Shown: piece by piece, positions 23,914 to 37,282 of the stretch | Layout: every line of letters begins with the position of its first letter | Position numbering within the stretch: the first letter of the stretch is position 1 | NCBI GenBank assembly: GCA_964036045.1 | Contig: OZ038379.1 | Coordinates: forward strand, 15,562,001 to 15,626,000 | Length of the DNA: 64,000 bases | Source: Eutreptiella sp. 'Long Island Sound 2002' | Lineage: Eukaryota; Protista; Euglenida | Direction: 5' to 3' | Notes under the pieces: generated by a model | Told to the model about the DNA's origin: nothing | What the model saw: only the letters and a program-made list of their open reading frames with translations | Database searches by the model: none | Program-made: the position numbers and the translations under genes

Positions 23914-24789
23914 CCATGAATTGCCCATGCCCTGTATCCACGTCGCAGCCCCCATAAGCTGGTGCGATTGGGGCCAGGGTTGCTGACCAGCAAGAGATTT
24001 GCTGTGCGCCTTGTTGGTTTGTTCGCAGGCATTACAGCCGCTAGACACCAATAAGGAGGAGGCTGCTTTGAAGCATTGCTTACTGCTCGCGACCCAGGGG
24101 TGATGTGCCCCTCCCACCCCAGGTGGCAATCCCACCAGGGGCGGCAGGGTGGGGTTTTGGAGCAACAAACCCATATCAAAACTATGGGTTTATTTGGACA
24201 TCCCTGGTGCACTCCATCGGCACTGCAATTTAATTCCGAGGGACATTATATGACCACGATCATCATCGTCAGTTGTGCACTGCACGAGCCGCTTAGCGCT
24301 CATCACAGGGGTACCCTGTTTCTCGAATTTCGGACGTCATGCTAGTTTGGCCAACCCCCCCACCCTTTTTTCCAAGGTGCCAAAGCAAAAATTTTATGGA
24401 CAAACAAACACCCCCCATTGTTTGCTGTTGGGGTCCACACTGCACCTTTGGTATGCAACTATTTTGTAGAATTTGCTCTAGAGTAGCAACATATGGGTTC
24501 ATCAACCCCCAAACACCCCTAAAGTGGCAAGATGTGAACTGTTCTATTGTGCTCCTGCCCGGGGACGGGGGGGTGGGGGGGGCTCAGAAACCGGATACGA
24601 TGAGGGGTTTCGAAACCCGCCCCGTTTTTCAAAAATGCCCCGTGGGGTGGTTTTAAGGGGGTTTTTTGACGCAAGCGCTCCAATTTTGGAAAAAAATTCT
24701 TGTGACGTCTTTTTGGGCTCCACATTCACGGTTTTTGTGGCCCCTTGAGTTAGGGATATGTCCTCATAATCCACAGTTTTTGGTTGAAC

Positions 24790-26760
24790 CGGTGAACCAG
24801 TTGGTGGAACCAATATTGGTCTTATGACCCTCTTTAGTGTCTAGGGTGGACCTATTAGGTTTGGTAGCAAGCAAGCAAGCAAGCAATCAAGCAGCAGCAA
24901 GCATGCGCGAAATGGACAAAAAATTGCAATTCCGTCGTGGTGCTTCAAATTGAGCGGAACTTTTGGTGGATGATACCTATGGGTGTGAAGGACGATCACA
25001 TGAAGTCTGAGCCACGAGGGCTGCTCCCGGCTAGGACCCGACCCCAAGGGGAGGGCTACCCCCCCTCCACAGACCCCAAAATGGTTGTACATAACAATGG
25101 GTTCTGTGGGCGCCGGAGGCGCCGGAGATTTTGTTTTAGGCATAGGCAGGGGGAAATATTTTTGTTTCACCCTATGTGTCTGTACTCAAAATACTCAGAA
25201 TTTTGTGGAGAGTTCAAAAACGGGTGAAAAACACAAAAAAGGATTTTGACCCCAACCCGGCCTCCAGGTCGGACCTTGGCTGATGGGAGCCTGAGTTGAT
25301 GGGCAAATTTTTTTTGAAAAATTTTTTACCCCACTTGTGCATGTTCAAAATGATCAGCGTGTTATGGGGATCATTTTAAGGTATGTATGTTGAGACACCC
25401 ACCAAATCCCCCCCCCCCCCCTGCGTGGAGCCCGGTGGCTGACCGCCCGACCCGCCAAAGGGGGGGGGGAGTGCCACCCCCCCACCCCCTACGACCCCCA
25501 AAACTGTCACACACCCCTCGGGATCACACATTGGCCGGCAGCCGCCCCCGTGGTCTGAGCCAGAAACTCAACGCCGTCTACCACTCGTGACACCCGGGAA
25601 CAGTTGTCGCGAGTGGTAGACCCAGGTTTCAAGAAATTGCAATTTAGCGCCAAAAACAGCCTTTTTTTGCCCAAAACAGCCCTAGAACCTGTTCAAAACG
25701 GCCAAAGGAAGGGAAATGCTGGCTACACTCCACATGCAGCTTGACTTCCTCGTGTCAAAGAGCCCTATGAGGCCCTCTAACTCCATGATGTGTCCAAGAA
25801 ATGCCTCCAAATGGCCCCCAAAAGCCCAGAATTTGTGCACATTGGCCGTTGTCAGTCGCAAACCAAGACTTAGCCATATCTTGGGCTACGTGGCTCAAAA
25901 TGTGATTTTGAGGGCACCTAGTCCACCCGCAACCACCCATTTCTTGTGGTTTCCAGCCCCGAGAATTCCTCAAATGGACACCTGAACCCCCGTTCTTGGG
26001 ACCACTAGGCAACGGCAAGCTGCAAGAAGAAGCGCAAAGAGGTGGATACCAAAACGGGTCGTCACAAGGTCCACTGGGTGCAAAAAAAATGACTTTTTCC
26101 AAAAATGATCCTAGATCACGTGGGATGCCAACACAAGTGTCTTTTGAGCCTGTGGTGGCCCATTTTGGCCCTCCAAAAATCCCAAAATGCCTTCAAAATG
26201 GGCTGTTTTGGGACCAAAATGGGTCAGAAATGGGTCCAAAATGTGTTTTTCCAACACCAATCTTGCGGCATTTGGGGTGCCCAAGTGAAATGTGGGCATT
26301 TTGAACATATTGTATGCCATTTTGGCCCCTCTAAAGTCACAAAATGCCTTGAAAATGGGCTGTTTTGGGACCAAAAAAAAAGGGTCAAAAATGGGTGAAA
26401 ATTTTGTTTTCCTGAAAATAATCTTGGACCATTTGGGCTGCACAAACAAATGAAATGAGCCTATTCGGAGCCCATTTTGAGCAATTTTGTCCCCTCTCAA
26501 GTCCAAAAGAGCCTTGAAAACGAGCCATTTTGGGACCACAAGTGGCTCAAAGATTGGCCAAAATATCTTTTTCCAAAAATGGTCCGAGTCCATTTGGGGT
26601 GCCGAAATGGATGAGTAGCTCATTATGAGCCCATTTTGACTGGCTCTAATCCATTTTCGGGGCGATTTCCGGGGGAGAAGTTGCGTGAATCATTCTTCGT
26701 GTCTTTTCCCCACCAGCTTGGTCCCAATATTCAGTCCTGGTTAGGGTTAGGCTACTTACC
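24790..26760 (-). repeat. Inverted copy of the ~1.5-kb unit family, interrupted by a MITE
   Basis: 24797-24851 is the reverse complement of ~19808-19862; 26705-26751 is the reverse complement of ~19870-19918; ~160-bp array at ~26100-26620. Confidence 0.85.
25013..25552. mobile_element. 540-bp MITE, CACG...CGTG termini, 8-bp TSD GTCTGAGC
   Basis: TSD at 25005-25012 and 25553-25560; TIR cacgagggctgct versus cacgggggcggct; the uninterrupted paralogous site is at ~19655-19680 (reverse strand). Confidence 0.88.
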
Positions 26761-26850
26761 GTAACCTAACGCCAACCCTCACGCTAACCCTCCTTGGCCA
26801 CCCAACGTGGGGGTATTAGGACGGGGGTTGGGCTGGAGTTAGTGGGGTTC

Positions 26851-27360
26851 CACGGGGGCCTGGTCAGGACCCGACCCCAAAGGGGCGGGGGGTCCCCCCC
26901 CCTCTACAAATCCCAAAATGGTTGTACAGAACAATGGGTTTTGTGGGCGCCAGAGGCGCCGGAGGTTTGGTTTTTTGTTCGACCCTATGTGTCTATACTC
27001 AAAATACTCAGAATTTTGTGGAGAATTCAAAAATGGCTGAAAAACACAAAAAAGGATTTTGACCCCAACCCGGCCTCCAGGTCGGACCTTGGCTGATGGG
27101 AGCCTGAGTTGATGGGCAAATTTTTTTACCCCACTTGTGCATGTTCAAAATGATCAGCGTGTCATGGGGATCATTTTGAGGTATGTATGTTGGGGTACCT
27201 ACCGACCCCCCCCCGGGGAGCCTGGCGGCTGACCGCCCGACCCGCCGACCCCCAAGGTTTGGATCAACCAAGGGGGGGGTGCCCCCCCCCCCCCCCCTAC
27301 AGCCCCCAAAACTGTTGCACACCCCTCGGGGTCACACATTGGCCGGCGGCGGCCCCCGTG
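26851..27360. mobile_element. 510-bp MITE of the same family, 8-bp TSD TGGGGTTC
   Basis: TSD at 26843-26850 and 27361-27368; cacgggggcc...ggcccccgtg; interior is similar to 25013-25552. Confidence 0.88.
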
Positions 27361-30300
27361 TGGGGTTCGGTACGGGTTGGCACAGGGGGTGGCTGAAGTT
27401 AGTGGGGTTTGGTGTGGGGATTTTAGCATGTTTCTCAACCCCCGCCTTTTTTAAGACCCCCCAAAATTAGGTGAAACAGCATGACGTGTGAAATTTGAGA
27501 AATGGGGTACCCCTGGCTCATCCAAACCACAATGCCTACATCAATATCAATTACATAGCAGCCCATATCACCTCTGCACCCGTGACCACCCGCATCAGCC
27601 GCATCAAATTGTGGGCATTTTGGTCACAGTTTACCCAAGCGAATCAACACGAGGCAAAAATCAGGGTGCTTTATCGAGCCTCTACCCATCCATGTGAATG
27701 CCATACGCTCCTTCGGCCGTACACTAAGAAAAAGGGGGGCTAAAAGCCGGGCCTGTTGCGGTGGTTTGGCACGACCAGCACGTGTGCCCTGCGTCCCCTG
27801 CGCATTTCCGAGATACGCGCACCCCTGCCATCATGGGCTGCATCCCCTGGAGGTCACACATTGGCCCGGGTGCGGTGGTCGCTGGGGTCAGCTTGCAGCT
27901 TGCGGCCCACCACCAGCCAGGGCTTTGTGGTTGCGTTCAAGCTCTCGTCCTGTGCGTCATTGGCTTCATCTGGAACGGGCTCATGCTGCATATTCATGGG
28001 TGGCTCCAAAGATACAGGACTGAAGTCTATCACAGGACACAAACTGCTGGAGGGTGATTAGGCCGGGCGTGGGTGGCAGTCAACAAAGGCAACTGGTCCT
28101 CAGCCATGTAAATACATCTGACCATCAATGGAGGTGTCATACCAGCCCAGAACACTCTTTGTTGCCGGCACTGCAAAGCCTTTTATTTGCTTAAAGTTCA
28201 CTTGTCTTGACTCTACTAACCATCTAGACTGCGGTGTCCCTGCACTGCCTCCTTCTGAACACCAATGACAGTAACTGATATCAAAATCTGGCCACTGCCA
28301 CGGTGCATTGCACGGTGTGCGAGTGTCTTCTGATGTATGACCTAATGTAACGCACACATACGCAGTCAAACGCGCACGTTTGACCAAGCAGTCAAACGTG
28401 CATGGTATTTGCAGACCTTTTGTGTGCATTCTGAGGTGCCGCCCATAAATTTTGCCGAGTATGGCTGTATGATGTTTGATGTAAATCGTTCGGAAGTGCT
28501 GGGCACTCCAAATCAAGAAATGATACTGGTCGGCCGGAAGCCTTCATCCCCGTTTTTTGCAGTGGTCTTCCCCACCCGCAGCCTGTGATGTGCCCCTTCT
28601 GTACGGCTCCTGACAGGCTGGGCATAAGCTCAGCAGGCGGCACCAGTGCAGTATCTGCGGCACAACGTTTCGGAGGAAATCGCTCTAGCGTCAGGGCCTC
28701 TGACAGGGCCTGGCCTCAACATCTCCAATTTTTTTTGGGGTCCCCCCCTTTGGGCGCCAGCCACAAACGGGGTGTTCTCTCAAGTCAGCAGCTTCATTAT
28801 CGATGGATGGTTGATGCAAATCCTGCACCCTCCTCCTCATCAGCCCCTATGTAACCCCCCCGCCTCGCGAGCCTTTGGCTTACACTTATTGAGACCCGCG
28901 TCGGCGGCCTTCCGATGACCACGTGGTCAAACGGTGCACATTGGCACAGCTGACAACCATCACTACACAGCACTTACAGCGCAGATCCCATTGCATCGTA
29001 CACTGCATGCGCGATTCTCAATAAACTTTGCATGAGCCACAGTGCCCAGTGGCACACTTCCGTAGCACACTGGCAATGTTGTGCCAATAGGCACAGCTGC
29101 GCAGGGCCCACTGCAGTGCAGTAGTGAGTCCATGTTTTTGGCCTAATGAGTGCGGAACATTGCAGACTTTTGATTCCCGCCACCCCCCCCTCTACCCATG
29201 TGTACAGCACGCCTGATGTGCTCTGGAAGTGCGTGCTGCCGTCCAAGTGACGATGGTCTGATGTCGCATCAGATTCATGTGCTGGGCGTGTGTGTGTGCT
29301 TAGCTGCTACATTTAATGCGGAGGATATTCTTGCAGCAGTTGCATCCTCTTGTCACTTGTGTGGATGCCTAGTGGGCTACATCAATGCACTGGGTTCTTC
29401 GCTCTTTGTCTCAGCCAAATGCTGGTGTGCGATGTGTGCATCTGCCCCATATCTCTTTTTTGTTGGGTGGCCAAGTGATCACTTTTCAGCTGCTCATGGC
29501 CAGACGTCAAGTGCTGTTCCAGTGAGGCCTTGTGACTGTGCTGCACCGGCACTTTCACCAATGTCTCAGGTGTGGCAGTTCCGCGGGCACCCATTTGTTG
29601 AGGCAGTGATTGAGGGATGCAAGGGATGCCCACACAAGGGATGCTACTGGGGGCAATAACTACTGACAACGAAGTGCGAACATTGCAAGGAATGCAGCAG
29701 GAAGTAGATGCAAGGCTACCAAGCCAGGGCTACAACCTACTGGTGATCACTGCCGGCTACTCCTTGCGTCCATTGCATCCTTCTGAATCCTTTGCATTTT
29801 TTCCCTCAACCTTGCAACGCTCCTCCAACCCCAACATGAGTGTCCCATGAAAAGTTCCATGCCGAGGGTTGTTCTACATGTTTTCGGTCCCAGGTTGGTG
29901 GGTGGAAGCAGGAAACAAAAAGCCTGCAATTCAGAATACAACCTTGTACATCAGAGGTCTATGTTTAGAGATTAAGCTGACCAAGGCACGTCATGACCCA
30001 AGACATGTAAGTGCAGGAGCATGTGATTTCATGTTCTTTGCTCGAAAAAGAGGAGCTGCACCTTTGCATTGCATTCATGGCTATGCAGGGCCATCACATG
30101 AAGAAGCATGCACCAGAAAATTCTCACCCATACCTGAAAAACAATGGTCAGAACTAGAGTGCACAATTAGATTTTCCTTTCAACCCATCAGTAGCTAGAC
30201 CTTAGTATCACAACGAAAGCGAAAAGCTGAAGGAAGTGCAACAGTGAGCGTCACTAAGTAAGGCAACGGGCAAATATCAAAAGTGACTCTCGAAGTTTAG

Positions 30301-32815
30301 AATGCTCTTTTGGAAGCCAAATTGGCATGTTGATGCCGTAGTATTCTACACGCAAAAACGTTGAAAGCAAAAACTGCTGGAAGCGAATGACTGTGGGTGG
30401 GATGCGGGAGTGTTGCGCAATGGTACACAAAAGCTGTGCAAGGTGCACAACATTTGATGATGGCTACCAGAGCGAGGGGGCATTTCCCTCAAACCTCAGG
30501 GTGCATGTTGAGGGTAGTGCTCCCAGCATTCATGGTCCTGTGAAACAAGTGGTTGCATTTTATTTGATGGGGTGTTTAAGCGGGAAGTTTCATCCGTAAT
30601 TGTGCTCAGCAGCAGGGCTGGATGGAACTAAGCGGCGCTAACTTCGGCGGTGCTTCGGCTCAGCCGATTAGGTTCCGGCACTTCGGCTCGGTAGCAGCAG
30701 TATCCAGTCCTCATGCTGCCCCGTCGGCTGACCGATGTGTCCTCTCAGACCGCAGATGATTAGCCTCCAACTGCTGTCGGATGAGGCATTTCAGGTGTTG
30801 GGTGAGCTGCAATCTTTCTCTTGCCCCATCCTATGGCACCGCAGTGCCATAGGATGGCACTGCGGTTTTGTGGACATTGACAAATTCGTATTGATGTTGA
30901 TTTTCCTTTGCTTTGGGGTCTGTCCAATGGCGTCTATTGCTGGCATTTTGCGCGTTGGAAACAGGCTCGGTCGGTGTCTGTGGCCTCAGCTTCCAACCTG
31001 TCTGACCTCAAAGTTGCTGTGCTCCTACCTCAGCCACAGAAAGTTCTTATTTTCTTTGTTTCTGCTTTGTCTGTCCTCCATGACTGATTGTGATATGCCT
31101 GCGCATGCACAGCATCTCTGCTGCAGTGGTAACCCTTGCGCACACCTTCGGTTGAATGTCGATGCATGTTCGTGATTAGAAATAGAAGATCGTGTGTCGT
31201 GGTATGCTTTGGGGTATGAACCTTGTCTCATGGCTTCAGGTCAGCAGAGCCTGGGTTGCAGTCTGGTCGTCTGTTGTGTTCTGTCTTTTTGGATTCAGGC
31301 TGCTTTGGATCGTCTAAAATAAGATCAGTGCAGTGGATTGTGTTTGCCTATTGATGGTGGGCGCCCCCCCTCCTTGTGTTTCACCAAGTGTCAACTTTTA
31401 CTGTGTGGTCTCTTTGGGTGCTGGGGTCAGCAGTAGTCAAGTGATTTTGGTTTAGGGCCAGACAACATTCCTGGGTCAGAAGAATGGCATGTTGCCATCC
31501 CATTGTAGGTTGGCGGAAATTTCCATGGTCTTCTCCTGATACACTCCACTGCGAATTTGCTGGTACAGTGAGCAGACTGTGTACCGTCGAATAGGATGCA
31601 GTGAGCATGCATCCATGGATGACATTACACTGGCCTCGTGCCAGCTTTGGATGAGGGGCGATTTGAGTTTTGGTTCCAATTTGATTTGCATGTCTTTTTC
31701 CGTGTCAGACTGCGTGCTGAATTGTAGAGCTGAACCTGATTGCGGCTTGTGTGTTGTTGTTATTTTATTTTGGCCAAAGATTATGACAATTTTTGCTGCT
31801 CGACAAGAGACAATTTCGAGGACAGAGCCTTTGTTCTTCAGAGATCAAGTTCTTCACCACAGAGAGGAATAAGGGTGTGTACAAGCCCTGAAGACCACCG
31901 TTGAGGCACTCCCAGCCATTCACAGAGCTTGAACAGTGACATGTGGTTTGCAGCCAGGCCTCGTGTTTTCAGCAACATTTGAGCCAATTCATGGTCAAGC
32001 CATCAAAGGATCCTTGAGTAGTGGTGGGTATCACCAGGGCTCGATGGGCTCCAAATTCAAGGAGACCCCCCCCCCCCCCCACCAAGTAGATCCCCCTTCC
32101 CCCAAGTAAATGAGTCCAGTGGGCTTACCAGGGAATTTGTGCCCAGGGTCAATTTTGCACCAAATTCCCTGGTGTACGGACCGGAGAGCAAGTTGCAAGC
32201 ACACATTCCCTGGTGTACAGACCAAAAAGGGCGGTTGTGCGCCCAAAATCCCTGGCACGAATCCCGTGTGTCTGTGCGCACGAAATCCACCCACAACGGA
32301 CCGGGAAGAGGGTGCATGCGCACGAAATGTCACACATGCAATATATGGGGGCTGGGGTTTAGTGACATATATTGGTCTGGGTTTCAAACCCACAACTATA
32401 ATTGTTAGAATCTGCTATGTTGCCAATTCAGGTAAAAGTACTTACAACGGATTATACAAATTACCTGGTGTACAGACTGGAGAGAGGTCTCCCCTGTGCC
32501 CCCCCCCCCCCTCTTTCCCCTGAGCTCAACGACCCCCCCCCCAAAAAAAACAGGTGTGGGTTGGTTGGTTGGTTGGGGTGGGGGGGGGGGTTGGACCAAG
32601 GGGGGCTAGCTTACCCCCCCCTTGCAATCCCAACGTCATTTTGACATTTTTTTGAACAACAGTTGGTTCTGCTCTCCTGTTGCTTTCCTGTGGGTGCCCC
32701 CTGTCAGAGGTGATTTCTCTGTCATTCACACACAAATCTATGCCACAGGCACTCATGTTTGGTACCACTCTCGTCACAAGGGTGGCCTGCTGGCCTGCTG
32801 CTGGCAACTGTCATT

Positions 32816-33563
32816 GGGGGCGCCCCAAGCGCAGTGCGCGCGCAGTGCAACTATTTGGGCGTCTGGCCGTACTAGAGACCCATACTTTGAGATACTAGGG
32901 GCCCCTAGGGGCATCATGGTGACCCCTAGCGGAGGTTTTGAGTTCTGATTTTGTCCCCCTTTGTTTGGGGACACCCGAGAATGCAGGGGTGACGTAGCAT
33001 TTCTGCCCTCTTTCGGGCCCCAACCTTCCAGTGCTATTGAGGAAACCGGGACAATCTTTGATTCCACGCTTTGTTGCGTGAAGTATTCTTTTCTTTTTTG
33101 CATGTTGCTTTGCTGAGGTCAGGTATATTGGTGGACAACATTGCCCTCTCTCAACATGGCAAAGTTCATTTGATAATCGCCTGGAAGTTTTCAAAGTTGC
33201 CCGGAAAAATGCTCGGAAGTTTTGGCAGCCAGCTTGGGACCCAAAACGCAACCAATATCGCTTGGAATTTCTGTATGTACCATGTGATACGAGTCCCATT
33301 TGGTGACCATAAGTGCTAAGCGTTTCCAAAAATCCCTTGCAAAATGCCCAGCTTTTTCCTGCCATTTTTTACCTTCTATGCTGTGTGTTCCAGCCCCATG
33401 TGGTGTGTTATGTGAAGGGAAGGTAGCTTGCAACTTTCTTGAGCTGGGGCAGTTTGGGTCACCTAATTCTAAGGGCGTTTCCAAGGGGTCTGCTTGGGGG
33501 CTCTTCGGGGGGAACATAGTCTAAAAGTAGCGCGCAGTGCGCGCGCAGTGCAAAGACTCCCCC
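32816..33563 (+). mobile_element. 748-bp non-autonomous PIF/Harbinger-like element, 3-bp TSD ATT
   Basis: GGGGG...CCCCC termini flanked by ATT (32813-32815, 33564-33566); subterminal gcgcagtgcgcgcgcagtgc at both ends; one copy of the 170-bp unit found in 35167-37478. Confidence 0.75.
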
Positions 33564-34569
33564 ATTGGTCCCCCACCCTTGGGACCCGAGTTCCTGCATA
33601 TTCGATACCAGGGTACTGGGGACAAGGTGGTGGACCATGCAGTAGCCAAGATCTGTCGGTTGGAGGCCATCCACGATTCATCTCCCCAATCACCGGGATG
33701 TGATGATTGTCCTTCTGCGCAACTCCCACACCTGAAGGCGCATTACAGAGATCCGTTCATATTTGTTCTTCTTCGCAACTGGCACCTACACTGGCACCAA
33801 AGACACAATATCACATAATGATGTCAGATATCTCACATCAACATGGCACATAAGATGTCTAACATGCCACATACTCTTCATCTTCTCTTCAGATGCCGTG
33901 TTTGATGAGCAGTGAAGCGACCGACGGAATATGTGTCAACATGGCTGCATGACCATTGCCTTCTCACAGTCCCCATGGTTGGGAGAAAGTAACCTAGAAA
34001 GGAGTGGATGTGGTGGAAATGAGCAAAAAATGTGTGAAAGGGGGTGGAAATGGGTGAAACTGGGTGAAAATGCCACATCCCCAATGTGGAAAAAGCATCA
34101 AAACCTACTGTCAAACAACAATGATGGCCATTGTATCACAAAGTATGGTTTCTAGTATGGCCGCATGCCCAAATAGTCACATTGTGCACGCAGAGCGCTT
34201 AAGCCCCCCCTCCCCCACCACCAAAATTGCATCATGGGCTGCAGTTGGGGACGGCGGTCGTTGCGGTGTAGGGAACCCTTTCAAAACTACACTGGCGTTG
34301 GTGTCCCTGTCATCCTGTCATCTGTAGCTGGGGTATTAGGCTTGAAATAGCGTTCCATGAACGTTTGGAGGGTTCGTTTCACACCACGCTTGGCTTCAAG
34401 TTGAGCACACAATGTTTAGGTTCAAGGAATTCCAGCGCAAGTGTTAGTGGAGTAAAACCCATCAAATTTGGATGCAACCTTTTTCAATCAAAAAAACGAG
34501 AAAAAATCTTCTATGTCAAATTGCAATTTTTACACCCCCTAGCTATTTTGCACCCCCCAAGGATAGGGT

Positions 34570-34820
34570 AGTCGGGGTCGCCTAATTTTAAGGGCATTTG
34601 GAAGGGGGTCGCTTGGGGGCTCTTCAGGGGGACCCCATTGGTCACACTTTAGGGGGAACAGGGGTTATGCATCATGCGTATTTCATTTATTGTTCTTGGT
34701 GCTCCAGTTGTTATTTTTAAATTGTGGTGGTGCAATATGCCTGGTTGAATTGTTTTGGTTTGTTCGTGTAACTAGTGTAAAAGTAGCTACAGCACGCGCG
34801 CACAATGCAAGGACGCCCCC
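34570..34820 (+). mobile_element. Orphan right end of a related Harbinger-like element
   Basis: gggtcgcctaattttaagggc...gggggctcttc resembles 33455-33510; aaaagtagc...gcgcgc...tgcaaggacgccccc resembles the family right end. Confidence 0.5.
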
Positions 34821-35262
34821 GCGGATGCAATGAAACGTCTTGCCAAACGCTGTCCCAAGACTATACGCATGGCTGGCCCATTGCACAAGTTCACAAGTGC
34901 AATGGAAATATTGGTAGCGGTAGGCTATGCTGAACGTGTGCTATCTAACTACCAAGCGGCGGAGGACCTCGGAATCAATTCTAGGACTGGTGAGCCATCA
35001 AAACACAATTGGAGACGGAAGTCAAAAAAGGAGGAAGGAGGAAGAGCTTCACCCTTGGCAAGAACCTATATCATACTGCAGAGATGCACCTGCGGATGTG
35101 AATTGTACAAAAGTAGAATAAGCGCATAGCACGAACGAAAAAAGGGGTCATTGGCACAGACTAATGGGGGGAACGTTAGCGCGCCGGGCGCGCGCCGGGC
35201 ATCTTTTTGGACCCGTGCCCCACCGGTGACCTTTTAGGGGGTGCGCTAAGGGGGCGCACTTA

Positions 35263-35630
35263 GGACAATCTTTGAATCCACGCTTCGTTGCGTGCTGCAT
35301 CATGGTGACCCCCGGCGTAGGTTTTGACTTCCGATTTTGTTCCCTTTGTTGGGGACCCCCGAGAATGCAGGGGTGATGTAGCATTTCCGCCCTCTTTTGG
35401 GCCCCAACCTTCCGGTGCTATTGACGAAACCGGGACAATCTTTGAATCCACGCTTTGTTGCGTGGTGCATCATGGTGACCCCCGGCGTAGGTTTTGAGTT
35501 TTGATTTTGTTCCCTTTGTTGGGGACCCCCGAGAATGCAGGGGTGATGTAGCATTTCCGCCCTCTTTTGGGCCCCAACCGTCCGGTGCTATTGAGGAAAC
35601 CGGGACGATCTTTGAATCCACGCTTTGTTG
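35263..35630 (+). repeat. 170-bp tandem repeat (2 full units plus a part) in the transposon 5' region
   Basis: ggac(a/g)atctttgaatccacgc at 35263, 35433 and 35603. Confidence 0.92.
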
Positions 35631-35963
35631 CTTGTGTTGTTGTTTGTGTCCAATTCGCCGATACCGGCACTTGAAGATCCCTGCCTCGAGCTTTCATACC
35701 CCGGCTCGAGGAGGAGGCAATCAGGGGCTTGAAGATCCCTGCCTCGAGCTTTTCCCCGGCTCGAGAAGGAGGCAAAAAGGGGCTTTCTTTCTTTCTTCTT
35801 TGCGTTGCGTTGCGTTGTGTTTTGTTGCGTAGTTCCTGAAATGCGTGCATGTGCACTTTGAAACGGGCACACTGAGCTGGTAATATGGTGATACATTCAG
35901 CGTGTCTGCTGCGGGAGATCAATTTTTGCTGTTCGCCTCCTCAGACCTCTTTTGCTTTTCGAT

Positions 35964-37282
35964 ATGGACTTGAAGATTGGGGACAGCGTCTTTTACACTC
36001 GGTCGACTAGGCTTCGCGTACCTGCGAAGGTAGCTGGCCATACGGACGAAGGGTACGTGGAGTTGGAGTACCTGCAAGATGGGGTGCGCGTCATCAACCA
36101 TCATTGCCCCATCGACGCCCTCTCCTTCGGTATCCCGAGTTGGGACTCACCCCCACCAACCCCCTCAAGTCCACCAGCCGCCGACGTCCCCGGTGATGCG
36201 ACTGGTGGCAGCCCTCTCCGTGGCCGTTCACCCACACCACCCCCCTCAAGTCAAACGGTGTAAGTCCACCTGTGTGCGTACCCAAGTTGCACGGATGGGT
36301 GCAGATGCCGAAACAATGGAGGAATTTTGGATGAAGTACGGGCACCCCGAGCTCCTCGACCGTGAGTCATTGTTTCGATTTTTTTTCTGGATGAAACACA
36401 CCCCACCGGCAGAGAGCGGTGCTTTCATGTCTCACGCAGAAGGTTCGGAGGTTGCCTGGCGGCAGAGTGTTGCCCGTGCTCGCGAATACCTTAACCATGT
36501 TGTTCAAGAGATTCGATGGGCCGAAAGGTTGAATCCTTTCAACCATTGTCCCCATTTTCCATTCTTTATGAAGCATTTCACAGACTCCATGCCCATCAGT
36601 TCCATTGGCGGGATATGGAGTGCAGACCTGTGGAATCCTAAGTATGCGTCGCATGTTTACAAGGTCACTGTTGCCGTTGATATGTTGGGCAACATTGTAT
36701 GGATTTGCCCCTTGGCCCCCGGGACATCAGCAGATGTTTTGATTTGGGATGGGTACGGACCTTCTCGTACCCGAGGGGATTTCTTTGATTTTGAAGTTGG
36801 GGGCCATGATGGCGCTTATAAAGGCCGGATTCATGTCATGGTGCCATTCATTGGAAGAAAGAATGGCACTTTGACAGCCCGCCAACAAGGTTACAATGAT
36901 GTCCATGGGTGGTACAGGGCACGCATTGAGCAGCTGTTTGCTCGGTTGTGGCATTGGGGTTTGGTTAGGAACATCTGGCGTGGCGGCCCCAATGAGTTGC
37001 ACCAGTCAGTCCGCATTTTGTTGCATTTCACTCAGTTTTGCATCCGGAGGCAAGTCCGTCACCCCCCCTACGGACCATGGACCATGGGAGCATGTCCCGC
37101 CTCAGGTTTGGACTGACCAAAGCAACTCGGCCGCCACGCAAGATGAGGCAGAGGATGAGGCGGAAGTGTGTGTTTTGTGTTGCCAAAGGCGCCCCACCGT
37201 CGCAGTTTGTGATGAGTGTAAGGAGCATTATTGTAATGAATGTATTGACACCCACACTTGTGGGACCAATGTTGTTTGTTAA
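35964..37282 (+). pseudogene. DDE_Tnp_4-type transposase, frameshifted, with N-terminal SH3/Tudor-like and C-terminal B-box-like Zn modules
   Basis: HFTDSMP (D), KYASHVYKVTVAVD, PGTSADV, HDGAYKG (D), YNDVHGWYRARIEQLFARL (E). Upstream frame MDLKIGDSVFYTRS...VELEY. C-terminal CVLC...CDECKEHYCNECIDTHTC is shifted out of frame by a 7-bp duplication at 37072-37085. Confidence 0.85.

Noticed and set aside
28616-28690. AGHKLSRRHQCSICGTTFRRKSL* as a FYVE/Zn-finger terminal kinase exon
   Set aside because: Only half a motif, an early stop and no supporting neighbouring exon
29869-30600. Tyrosine-recombinase or DIRS-like fragments
   Set aside because: No R-H-R-Y set recoverable, and the hints are on opposite strands
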